A DNA stretch of 64,000 nt from the human T2T-CHM13v2.0 reference genome, Homo sapiens, in assembly GCF_009914755.1 (NCBI RefSeq), contig NC_060944.1; one strand, given 5' to 3'. A program made the position numbers and the translations under genes. Positions 51,554-64,000 of the stretch are shown one piece after another. Position 1 is the stretch's first letter, and every line of letters starts with the position of its first letter. The notes beneath the pieces were generated by a model. It saw only the letters and a list, made by a program, of their open reading frames with translations. It made no database searches and was not told the DNA's origin.

Positions 51554-52666
51554 TATCGGGGAAAATTCAGCCAGATATTGGGCAAAATTCACCCCCGATA
51601 TTTCACATAGGTTCTTTTCTATTTTCCCTAAGCATCGGCCGGTTTGAGAAATAAAGGGACAGAGTACAAAAGAGAGAAATTTTAAAGCTGGGTGTCTGGG
51701 GAGGCATCACATGTTGGTAGGTTCCATGATGCCCCCCAAGCTGCAAAACCAGCAAGTTTTTATTAGTGATTTTCAAAAGGGGAGGGAGTGAGCGAATAGG
51801 TGTGGGTCACAGAGATCACGTGCTTCATAAGGTAATAGAATATCACAAGGCAAATGGAGGCAGGGCAAGATCACAGGACCACAGGACTGGGACGAAATTA
51901 AAATTGCTAATGAAGTTTCAGGCACACATTGTCATTGATAACATCTTATCAGGAGACAGGGTTTGAGAGCAGACAACCGGTCTGACGAAAATTTTATTAG
52001 GTGGGCATTTCCTCGTCCTAATAAGCCTGGGAGCGCTACGGGAGACTGGAGCTTATTTCATCCCTACAGCTCAGCCACAAAAGACGGCTGCACTCAAGGG
52101 GGCCATTTTAGAGGCCCACCCTCAGGGACGCATTCTCTTTCTCAGGGATGTTCCTTGCTGAGAAAAAGAATTCAGCGATATTTCTCCCATTTGCTTTTGA
52201 AAGAAGAGAAATATGGCTCTGTTCTGCCCAGCTCACAGGTGGTCAGAGTTTAAGGTTATCTCTCTTGTTCCCTGAACATTGCTGTTATCCTGTTCTTTTT
52301 TCACGGTGCCCAGATTTCATATTGTTCAAACACACATGCTCTACAAACAATTTGTGCAGTTAATGCAATCATCACAGGGTCCTGAGGCGACATACACCCT
52401 CCTCAGCTTACGAAAATGATGATGAGATTAAGAGATTAAAGTAAAGACAGGCATAGGAAATCACAAGGGTATTGACTGGGGAAGTGATAAGTGTCCATGA
52501 AATCTTCACAATTTATGTTCAGAGATTACAGTAAAGACAGGCGTAAGAAATTATAAAAGTATTAATTTGGGGATCTAATAAATGTCCATGAAATCTTCAC
52601 AATTTATGTTCTTCCACCATGACTTCAGCCGGTCCCTCCGTTTGGGGTCCCTGACTTCCCGCAACA
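51554..52666 (-). mobile_element. MER11-family solo LTR (HERV-K11/HML-8 LTR)
   Basis: Minus strand begins TGTTGCGGGAAGTCAGGGACCCCAAACGGAGGGACCGGCTGAAG, has the internal AACATAAATTGTGAAGATTTCATGGACA duplication, and ends CCCCGATA. 1113 bp, with perfect 6-bp TSD GGGGAG at 51548-51553 and 52667-52672. Confidence 0.9.
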
Positions 52667-53700
52667 GGGGAGAAGACAAAACCTCCTGCATCGAACATCC
52701 CTGCTCCTTCCTCTTCGTGAGCTCTGAAAGGTATGAACCAACCACTGTTTCCTCCTGACCATGCCCCAAAAGCTGTGCCTTTGGGAAGGTCCAGGAGGGC
52801 TTCCCAGACAGCGAGGCTTGGAGGAAACGCGGCTGAGCTGTTTTCCCAATGTCAGAGGGTAAAAAAGGGATCTCTTCATCTCCCGGCTGTGGGCAAGTCC
52901 TGCACCTAAGCCAGCTGGGGGTGCCTGGCCTTGGCTCTCAGCTCTCCCTACACCACAGCTATTTTTACTACACAGGGGAAGGCACAAAATGGGGACTCAA
53001 AGTTCTTTCTCACGGGCATCTTTCCCTTTCTAAACAAGATGGGGAAAGTCTCTAACTGGGGCCTGCAGAGCCCTGGCTGCCCTTAGAAGGACAGCTCTGT
53101 GTGTGGCCAGGCCTGGCCCACGACACTGCAAACCCTCTGTGGAACTAAGAGAGGCACAAAAAAGGAAAGACCCTGCCATGGCTGGGACTGCAGGGGCAGC
53201 AAGGCTGGAGAATGAGCTCCTTCCCTGCCACTCACAGCAGCTGGGCCTACCAGTCCCTTCCATGCGTGGGGCTCTCAGGAGGCCCCAGCCACACCGCTTC
53301 CCTTCCTCCCAGAGCCCCAGATTCACGTTTTCGAGGCTGGGCTAGGATTTCCAGAAGAGGGAAGGAGCTTCAATTCCCGTATGACTACGAATAAAGCATC
53401 CACAGGAGGGCTGGCCAGCAGGGCTGGCGTCTGGCAAACAGCGGTCCCCTCTGGCCCTGTCTTTGCAGGCTCATGGCATAGGCAGTAGGGGGAGCCCACC
53501 CATCTGACCAGCCAGCCCCCAAGGGGATCTGCAGCTCTGCTCCACTGTCCCCATGTGAGCAGGGAAATACAGGCAGCCCCCACCACTTCTCAAGGCTGCA
53601 CTGAGCCTTCTCAAAGCCCATGGCTGAGTTACTGAGCATTCAGAGCCGCTCCTCTCCTCTCCTCTCCCTAACTCCTGCGTCTCAGACTCTGCCCAGAGAG

Positions 53701-53750
53701 CAGCTGCTTCACCTATTGGTGAGTCAGGTGCGGGCAAGCAGGTGAGTCAG
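53701..53750. promoter_or_regulatory. Candidate intronic enhancer motif cluster (2 AP-1 sites, CCAAT, E-boxes)
   Basis: TGAGTCA at 53720 and 53743, ATTGG at 53715, CAGCTG/CAGGTG boxes, all in non-repeat DNA; motif evidence only. Confidence 0.35.
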
Positions 53751-54589
53751 ACACAGCAGGTCTACAAGCCAGTCAAAGACCTTTCTGTGACAATTTGCCA
53801 GCATATGGCCTAACCCCTATCCAAGACAATATCCAGCCACATTTTCAAAATAAAGGAAACGAGGAGGTACTGTCTCCTCCCATACACCCGATAGAACCTG
53901 TCCTCCCCTCACCCCAGGAAGAGGGGCAAAGCGTCTTTCCGTAACCTCTCAAATACCCCATGACCAACCTTAGCAAATGGAGGCAGTTGGAAACCCTGGC
54001 CAGGAAGGCTTAGAAAAACTCCAAGGCTCCACAGAAGACTGCATTCACCTGGAAAGCGGCCCGGCTCAGCCACATAGGAACCCCGCTGCAGAGAGGCTGG
54101 CCGCTTCAAGTGGCTGCCCTGGGATCCAAGAGCCCCAGAACACAGCCCAGGCAACACGACAGCAGACAAACCATGAACCCCGCAGAACTGTGGAGGGTCT
54201 CAGAAGCAGTGGAGCAGCCTGAAGATGGGGCTTAGAATTCCAATGTTCACACACACTCCAATCCCTGGAGTCTGGAGCCGATGATGCCAGGCGGATGTGG
54301 GAGAGGAGAATAATGAAGGGGCTGAGCCCAAAACACACACACGCGCACACAGAAAAATTGCACTACCCAGAGAAGGAAAGAGGAAAGCCATTTCAGCCAG
54401 GAAACAAAACAGACTGCTGGGCAAAAAGAACGATCCGAGACCAAGGGAAGTTTCCTGGACACTGACATGTTACAGTGGCAAAACAAACGTCAACAGCAGA
54501 ATCGGAAGACAAGGAAAGCTCCTATAAAGTGTATCTAAACAATAAAGATAAAAAATGAGAGAGAAAAAAAGGGAAATTAAAAATCAATT

Positions 54590-55050
54590 CCATACAGTAG
54601 TCAAATCAGTGTGGTCTCAGCACAGGCAGACATAGACCCATGGAACAGAATACAGACCCCAGAAATCAACCCCCATGCATACAAATGATCTTCAACAAGG
54701 GTGTCAAGACCACAAAACGGGAAAAAGACTGTCTCTCCAATAAATGCTGCAGGGAAAACTGCAGATATCCACAAGCAAAAGAACTCAGTTTAACCCTTGC
54801 TTTCTACAATATACAAAAATTAACTTTTGTAAAATTTACCAAAAATGGATCAAAGACCTTAAATGTAAGACCTAAAACTATAAAGCTTTTTATAGTTTTA
54901 ACTAAAATAGTGTAATAGTTTTATAAACAGAGAGAAAGCTTCATGATGTTGGATTTGGCAGTGATTTCTTAGATATGTCACTAAAAGCACAGGCAACAAA
55001 AGCAAAGATACACAAAGGGGACTACATCAAACTTGAAAACTTGAAGGCAC
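54590..55050 (+). mobile_element. L1 ORF2 remnant (L1M)
   Basis: AGACATAGACCCATGGAACAGAATA...AATGGATCAAAGACCTTAAATGTAAGACCTAAAACTATAAA. Confidence 0.82.
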
Positions 55051-55413
55051 TGCGGGGCCAGGATGGTGGGAGCAGGGGAAGCCAAAAGAAAAGTAGGTAA
55101 ACTCTAAGTCTGTCCTTCTTCCTGGCCCAGGATACACAGTCCTCCTGTGCCCAACTTCTCACCAGACACCTGCACGTTAGCTCACTGCAACCTTGGCCTT
55201 ATCAGTACTGCACAAAGCCCTCTTCAGCATGCAGCATAAACACTATTCTATAAAATCCCCAACAAAGCTTTGTCTCTTTGCAGTCAGCTCCTCTCTTCCT
55301 GCTGTGCCTGTTACTCCCTTGCAATGTATTTTTCTCCTTTCTCTCTGCCTTTCTTGGTAAATTCTTCTTACCCCTGCACTGCCAGCCCCAGACAGTTGCC
55401 GCTCACTTGTGAC
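55051..55413 (+). mobile_element. ERV LTR-like insert inside L1 (family unresolved)
   Basis: TG...CA bounds, TATAAAA at about 55249, pyrimidine-rich R/U5-like region; interrupts L1 sequence. Confidence 0.5.
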
Positions 55414-55451
55414 AATAACCAAAAGAACTGAAAACAGCATCTCAAAGAGAT

Positions 55452-55750
55452 ACAGTCATGTATCACTTAACAATGGTGATAAGTTCTGAAAATGTGTTGT
55501 TAGGTGATTTTGTTGTTATGCAAACATCACAGAGTGTACTTACACAAACCAAGATAGCATGGCCTACCACAAACCTAGGCCACAAGCAGGTTCGTGTACT
55601 GAACACTGGAGGCAATTGTAACACAATGGTAATCCAAACATATCTAAACATAGAAAAGGTACAGAACTAGAGTATTGTAATCTTATGAGACCACCACTGT
55701 ATATGCAGTCCATTGCTGACTGAAATATTGTTATGTGGTATATGACTATA
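55452..55750. mobile_element. Tigger3/MER7-like DNA transposon
   Basis: TA|CAGTCATGTATCACTTAAC...ATATGACTA terminal inverted repeats. Confidence 0.72.
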
Positions 55751-55754
55751 TGTA

Positions 55755-56098
55755 CTGTCATCCCTCAATATCCATAGGGGGTGGTTCCAGGACCTCTCAT
55801 GGATACCAAAATCACAGATGCTCAAGTCCCTCTATAAAATGATGTAGTATTTGCCTATAACCTATGCATATCCTCCTGTATACTTTAAATCACCTCTAGA
55901 TTACGTATAATACCTAAGACAAGGTAAATGCTGTGTAAGTAGTTGTTATACCATATTGTTTAGGGAATAATGACAAGAAAACAAAAAGCCTCTACATGTT
56001 CAGTATAGAGGCAACCATCACATGCCTAACTACATTTTTGATTCATGGTTAGTTAAATCCACAGATGTAGAACCCACTGACACAAAAGACTCACTGTA
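55755..56098. mobile_element. MER2 DNA transposon
   Basis: GGGGGTGGTTCCAGGACC...CACAGATGTAGAACCCA...CTGTA. Confidence 0.75.
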
Positions 56099-56104
56099 CT
56101 TCTG

Positions 56105-56760
56105 TGTACAATGAAATATTATTACACCTCAAAAAGGAGGAAAATCTTTTCATTTGCAACAACATGGATACGCCTAGAGGACATTAACGCTAAGTGAAAT
56201 AAGGCCGGCATAGAGAGACAAACGCCACAGACCTTACTCAGATGTGGATTCTAGAGCAGCTGGCCGCAGAGAAGCTACGAGTGAACAGAAGTGGCCAGGG
56301 GCTGGTGTCGGGGGTTGTGGAGTTGTTGGGTAGGGGTGCAAAGTTTTGGGTAAGACATGAATAAGTTCTGGCGATCTACTGTACAACGTGGTGACTACAG
56401 TTAATAATAACATATTGTATACTCAAAAATTGCTATGAGAGTAGATCTTAAATGTCACCACAAAAAGTATTAAGTATGTGAGGGGACAGATATGTTAATT
56501 AGCTAGATTTAACAATTTTATAATGTATACATGAATCAAAACATAATTTTGTACACCATAAATATATGCATTTTTGTCAATTATACCTTCATAAACTGGG
56601 GTGGGGGAGAAGTTCTAGAGATCTGTTACAAAACTAAGCGAATCTAGTTAACATTACAGAACTGTACACTTAACAATGGTTAAGAGGGTAAATTTCATGT
56701 TGTGTTTTTTACCACCATTAAATTTAAGTAAAACATATTTTTTAAAAATAAAGAAAGAAA
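56105..56760 (+). mobile_element. L1M 3' end(s)
   Basis: GAGGACATTAACGCTAAGTGAAATAAG...GTGACTACAGTTAATAATAA; same type as 26150-26663. Confidence 0.78.
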
Positions 56761-57473
56761 AGTGTTCAAAATATGGTGACCTGCTTTCTGAAACTGCCCA
56801 ACTCTGTTCTCCTACAGCACTTTTATCTGGATTTTCTCCTTGCCTCCCTCTCCCGCAAAATAATCAATCCCAAATCTCTCGACATCCTTGAAAAGCCCAG
56901 AAAAGGGAGCCAAGGGAAGGGAAAGGGGAAATGATTAGAATAATACAAGACTTTTCCAAGCACACAGATGGAAAAGTCATTCCGCTTGGGACAACAAATG
57001 AAAAACACCCGCGCCAAGCACACCCTTGTGAACTTCAGAGCAAACTAACGAGTGAGCCCTACAGATGTCCAGAGAGAAAGAGCAGCCCCACATCACAGCA
57101 ACAGGGATCAGAATGGCACCATGCCCACAGCAGCAAGGCTGAAAGTTCAGAGCCAACCCAGGGCCTTCCATGTGCTCAGGGTAAATGACTTTCCACCTAC
57201 CCAAGAGACTATATAACCCACGCTGAATACACACTTCGGCAAAATAAGGGGTGAACCAAGAAAGTCAAAGACACAGGCTCACGATCTGGGCTCCATCCAA
57301 GACGAGAGGCTTTGGTGTAGGAGCTCAGCCAGGCCAGGGATGGGAGGTGACCAACGCCAACAGACTGCTGTGTACTGCCCACTGAGCCTTTGAGAAAAAT
57401 AGGGATAGGCTTTTGACAAGGCTGATGGAGCATTTGGAAAAAATAAGAATAAATTCATTAAAAAGTAAGCCAG

Positions 57474-57802
<329 letters not shown>

Positions 57803-58142
57803 TCAGCCTCCATAAAGCCAAACCTGGCAAAAGAGTAGAAGTGTAATCATGACCAACCTATTGGTTCTGCAGTGGACAATGTTATGCAGTGACAACAGCA
57901 AAAATGCACAGTGGCCACTGGGGAGCCTAGAGAGTATAAGAAATAACAGCAGAATGAGGTTTAATTACCTTGCTCATACTCTGTAGGCTATAAAACAGTA
58001 CAATTAGGATATGGACATGAGTATCAGGAGAAATATCTAAGACTGAAATGTGGTTGCCTCTAAGGAGAGAGATGGGGAGATGAAGGCAACAGAGCGGGGT
58101 AGTTGATGTCAACATACACTTTTTTTAAACTTTCTGACTTCC

Positions 58143-58428
58143 TTTGTTTTTGAAACAGGGTCTCCCTCTTGTTGGCTGGGGTGCAGTGGCGTTGATCACG
58201 GCTCACTGCATCCTCAACCTCCTGGGCTCAAGTGATCCTCCCACCTCAGCCCCCAAGCAGCTGGGACTACAGGTGTGCACCACCCTGCCTGGCTACTTTT
58301 AAACTTTTTTGTACAGATGCAGCTTCCCTATGTTACCCAGGCTGGTCTCAAACTCCTGGGCTCAAGTGATCCTTCTACCGGGGCCTCCCAGAGGGCTGGG
58401 ATTACAGGTGTGAGCCACCACATCGGCC
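58143..58428 (-). mobile_element. Alu (AluJ-like)
   Basis: Divergent reverse dimer. Confidence 0.88.
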
Positions 58429-59689
58429 TGAATGTTTTCATTTTTAAGCCATGTGAGTATGTTATTTGACGAAACAAAAACTGATGTAAATCCAATGGGT
58501 CAACGAGCAGCGCACCTGCTGGCTCTGCACATACAACCCAGCAGTGCTCCTGGGGAGGTGTGAAGTTCATTATGGAGCTAGTCATCCCCACACACAAAAT
58601 TAAAACAGAGTACAGAATACCATAGTAAACACTGAATTTCACGGATGCAGCGCCCCACATGCACAGCAGTGTGGCTTTCAGGTAGCACCACCCTCTGTGG
58701 GTGACGGGGATGCGTCATGGGGAGGCCCTCTGGAGGGACAGCCCTGGGCTGCTGCAGGTGGAGGGTGGCTGTGGGGAGGAGGAACCTGTAAACGAGCTTC
58801 GTGCCTTCACTGTCCCATTGTGGGGGGCGCAGCTGCCTCAGGACACTGTCTCCTTCAGGCCCATGGTGGCACCACAGGCCACCATTAACGGGGCTCCTGA
58901 CAAGAGTCGAAATGCACGTCACGTTAACTGCACACCTATACTTGCAGCCACACATCTACACTCGCACTCTTGCTGCTCGGTCTCTCTCCCTCCCCCTTTC
59001 TCAGGGACCCAGCCTCTACCCACCCCAGCGGTATCCACGGGACCAACACGGTGCCCTGCCCAGGCTGGGGACTCTCCTGGGGTTGGAGCTTGGCTTATCT
59101 GGGTGAAAGACACCAGGGCGTGAGATGCTGGTGGCCGCCCCTGGCCCATCCCAACCCCGCAACGCCACTGGAAGATGAACATGTGTCACCGAGTGAAGGG
59201 CAGGGAGGCATAGGCGTGGCCTGTGCACCTCAGGCACTGTCCTGAGAGGGGACTCCTGTGGTCGCCAGGTGAGGGGAGCTCTGTTTCTGTCCAGCTTCTT
59301 CCTCTGAAAGCAGGGGCTGAGAGGGGTGGGCTGCCCCACCTCTGCTGTGGCCTGTGGTCCTATGAAAAGGCCTTGCTCCTGGGCAGTGGACCACCACGGA
59401 AGGGAGGAGTCTGCCAGGTCCTGTAAAAACACTACATGGTATATTTTTTTTCTTCCACCACAACATAAATTACACCCACATTTGCTTTCCAGAGTTCTCT
59501 CAGCTCACCCCAGCCTCCTCTGGGTAAGGAATCCTTTGATGCCCTGGACCTGGTGTAGATGGTGGGCAGCTCTCAGGGGCAAAGCCAGGGCAGACATGGT
59601 CCTAGGCTGCCATATGTGGCTGGCCAACCATGGCATGGCCTCTGCTCCCAGGCATGGACATGGCCTGGCCCCAGGGTCACAGTGATGGG

Positions 59690-59935
59690 TAGGACTGGGG
59701 AGCAAAGGGCTGGCGAGCACAGAACTGGGGAGAAAGACAACCGCCCTAACTCTCCCCAGAGCTGGGGAGCACAGAACTAGGAAACACAGGGGTGGGTAGC
59801 ACAGAACTGAGGAGAGCACAGAACTGGAGAGCACAGAACTGGGGAGCACAGGGGTGGAGAAGCACAGAACTGGGGAGCACAAGGCCGGGGAGCACAGGGC
59901 TGGGGAACACAGGGTCAGGGAGCACAGAGCTGGGC
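59690..59935. repeat. Degenerate ~15-bp minisatellite (GGGGAGCACAGAACT)n
   Basis: About 11-13 AGCACAG-anchored units. Confidence 0.82.
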
Positions 59936-62214
59936 TTCAGGCCCTGACCAAGGGTGGCAGCAGAAGACACTTGCCAGCCAGGGCACCTTGGCTGTCAGCT
60001 GCTGCTGGAGAGGCCCTGCCCACTGACCTGCAGTGTTTGATCAAATGACATGAGTGCTGCCCTTTAGTGACTGGTGGGCACTTGATAAATGTTACCAAAA
60101 CGTACACTAACATGGGCAGGGCTGGGGTCAGCTCCCTGGCAAGAGTGCTGATGCCCAGAATCCAGTGTCCAATTTCCCTGCAGCACAGTTGTGTGCACAC
60201 TCACAGCATCAGCTGGGACAGCAAAGATAAGGAGTCAGCGAACAGCCATGCTCCTGCTGCCAGGGTCAACAGAGAGAGGCCAAGGTCACATGCCAGGGTT
60301 CACAGCAGCGGGATCTTCCTGACCCATGCAAAGACAACCCTGGATAAACAGAGGTTGGCAATGCTGACTCCACAGCCACGGAGAACCAGCAACCTGGCCC
60401 ATACCTCGCTGTGAGGCCGCAGGGCCCCTGAGCGGCCAAGGCAGGCAGCTCAGCTCTGGGCAAGTCCCAGCTCCTGCCACTTGTGGCCTCGCGGTCTATA
60501 GGGTGAACTAAACACCTGCTACTAAGGGGGCGATGACTGAAAAGGCCAGGCGCTCCATACGGAGACTGCTGCTTACTCACTACACGCTGTAATACTGCCA
60601 CCAAGGACACCAGAACTACCGTCCCATGTATGTACAGGTGCCCAGAATCCCAGTTTCATGCTGCTCAAACCCTATTTCCAGAGGCGCCTAGCTGCAAATC
60701 GGCCTTCCCCTCCCTCCCTACTTGGAAATACAACCAATGCAAATGACAGAACACTGAGGGGAGAAAGCCGCCCTAACTCTCCCCAGGGAGCCCACAGCGT
60801 GTGAGCCGCCCACCCAAAGCCCTCTGTTTAGACTCCCCAAAGCCTCTGTGTGAGGGCAGAGGCAAGGACACCCCTTCTCTATCATCCTTCCACAGACCCA
60901 CGGGGCGGAGGAAAGAAACGGAGCTTTCCCTGAACTCTCAGGACCAAGACATTCATCCAGCACTGCCACTGCACACCCCTGCGGGTTCCCGGGGGCTCCC
61001 AGGCCTGCGCAGGCGCCTCAGTGCAGCCTCACAACAAGCAGCTCACTGTAATAATACACACTGTTTACCTGCGCAGTTCAGAGGCCTCTTCAGTTTCTTC
61101 TACATGCAAACTGAATTATTAATACTCCTTGGTATTCCACATCTGCATAAAATGTTTGCATGTCAAAATCACCAGAAAATCTGGCCAGCATTCAGCAGCT
61201 GGCTACAAAATTGAGGGCAATATTCCAGATAAAAAGCAACACAGTTTCTCTTAGTTTCATTTTTGGAAACTGGAATGAGTAGGCTCTCAATAATCCTAAT
61301 GCTATAAAGCTTAATTTAAGATACAAACATAAACTTTGCCACCAAGTGAAAGAAAATCCTGTTTTCATCCAGAGGGGAAAAGCCTGTCCCCAAACAAACT
61401 GGATGCTGCCCCAGAGACATATGACGTTGTCATCGCTCTGCAGGACAGTGCAGCCCTCTGGAGGCCGGAAGAGAAGGTGTTGGTTTGCATTTAATTTAGT
61501 TAATTTATGCACAGTGACGAGGGAATTTAAGCTATGCCCCCCAGAATCCACCGGGCATTAAGGGCAGAGAAGAGATTCATGACCACTCGGAGGCAGCCTA
61601 GGTGTGCCAATCACCTAGGGACCCAGAGTGTCCGTAACGGGAAGCCATTCCCAACAAGGATCTCTGTGAATCCTGCTCGCCCAGAAAGAACAGGGCTGAG
61701 GCAGCCCTTTGAGGGTGTTCCTTTTTAATCTGGAAAGATGTTATAACCCCAATAAAACTCTGAAGCCAGTGCCTACCTTCCAGCTGAACAGACCTCAGTG
61801 CTACTTCCAATGGCCTTGCCAGCAGGAATCAACCTTCACACTCCGGCAGTTCTGAGCTATTAGGATTAACTTCCGCTTTAAGTGTTTTCATGGTTTTCGC
61901 TTATTTTTCAAAATTTTTGCTATTTATTTATTTTGCAGGCACAGACCCAAAATATCTCAACAATCAAGTTTGAAAAGCTATCCCTTTTTTTTTTTATCAA
62001 ATAAGGTTTAAGAAGCTTTTTTATTGTTTCAGTCCCAAAAATATAAAAATAAGCTTATACCTCATTTAAGTGTTAATACTTACTTTCCCTACAAAGTAGA
62101 TTTTTAGACTAAAAACTACAAAGATACCAAATGTTAAAACTGTCCTAGAACACCTTTCTGTGGTCTCCTAAAAAAAGACACCTCGGTACCTATCAACGCC
62201 AGACTCTGCTTACA

Positions 62215-62415
62215 AAGTCTCTGGTTTTAATGTGGGTTCTGCCACTTTCTAGCTCTGTGGTCTTGGACACATTACTTCACCTCCCTGAACCTCAGTTTCG
62301 TGATCTGAACAACCTGATTAGGACATTCTGAGCATTAAAAGAGCTAATGCTAAGCATGCTAACATGTTAGGTACTGAGACCCGTGCCTGATGGCAAGTAC
62401 TGAATAAATGTTACC
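62215..62415. mobile_element. MIR
   Basis: CTTCACCTCCCTGAACCTCAGTTTC core. Confidence 0.6.
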
Positions 62416-63409
62416 ATGCCCCATTATACAGGCAAATGTGTCTGGGACTGTACACATCTCTAACCATCTACAAGCTGGGTGGGCATTTATAGCTTCCAAG
62501 ATAAATAATCATATACAGCTAATCCTGTAAGTTCCTATTGTATGTCAATGTATGTAAAGACTTTTATATCCACACATACTTATATTCATGCTAGGACTAT
62601 AGCTATAGATGCAAAATTTATATGTGTATCTATATAATTACAAAATATCCATACAATTAGTTATAGACATGAGATTATCCACATACACTTCTATGTATAT
62701 AAAATGAGCTCTTTCTATATATATCATTACAAAAATAGGAAACTTTATTCTCAACATCAGTATCAACTTCTAACATAAATCTACTGTAAAGAAAGCAATA
62801 GTTCCTCTTTTTTACTGGAAATAGCCAATAACAGAAATAGAAGAAATGAGAGAACTAGAAGAGCACATTTGCAGCTACCACTGTAATAGCTGTAATAAGA
62901 CAAGAATCATCCGTGTATGATCAAAAACAATGGGAGGAGTGACACTGTGCACACCAGCAGGGCAGGAAGCTCTAGGGGGTCAGACGTTCCCACAGAAACT
63001 ACTGAGCAACTGCAATCAACTATTTCAAAACTCTGGAATCATTTCAGATCCTTATGGGCCTGCTACCATCCCTGTTCCTCAGCCCTTGTTCCTGCTGCCC
63101 TAGAGCTGGATGACAGCAGCCTGCACTCCTGGGGTGTCTGGCTGGTGCCAGAGTGGGCAGTGGGGACCCTGTCCTCCAAAGCATGGGCTCAGGGTTTTGG
63201 TTGGTCTAGTGGTTCCTTTAGGGAATGAAGCAGACTTTGCCTTGCATTCAGCCTTCCTGGGCTACAGAAGCTTCCCTCAAAAGCATCTATCAGAATATAT
63301 AAAGGGATGGGAATACCTTTTGGGAAGGGAGAAACTTTGTCAGGTCACTGGCTGACTGTGAAGAACAGAAATTTCAGTCACTGCACACAGGAAAGATTAC
63401 ACAATTTGA

Positions 63410-64000
<591 letters not shown>

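Noticed and set aside
58800-60700. CTCF-like GGGGGCG motifs and an isolated GTGAGT donor at about 60575
   Set aside because: Partial motif matches only; cannot be supported without chromatin or transcript data.

Overview
Primate (human-type) genomic DNA, rich in Alu, L1 and LTR repeats. The whole window lies inside the NINL (ninein-like, Nlp) gene on the minus strand. I reconstructed 15 coding exons, numbered 2-16 on the assumption of one non-coding exon 1 beyond the right edge. They run from the ATG at 47632 to the left edge, where exon 16 is cut off. The exon lengths (180, 97, 173, 67, 191, 153, 171, 137, 141, 175, 111, 81, 133, 107, 245+) join into one open frame of about 720 codons: N-terminal EF-hands, then coiled coil. 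The introns hold about 25 Alus, a complete MST-type MaLR provirus with a perfect 5-bp TSD, MST and MER11 solo LTRs, old L1 and DNA-transposon remnants, and three minisatellites. I found no evidence of a new biological system, and almost all ORFs in the six-frame track are chance or repeat-derived. The best second-look items are: a GC-AG intron; a strong-context out-of-frame AUG 5 nt before the start codon; a 57-bp VNTR carrying 10 donor-like sites just downstream of exon 7; a local LTR duplication bracketing exon 4; a regenerated 5' splice site at the exon 15/16 junction; a polyadenylated LTR-end retrocopy; and a possible Alu 3' transduction. Gene and repeat-family names come from recall of sequences, not from database searches.
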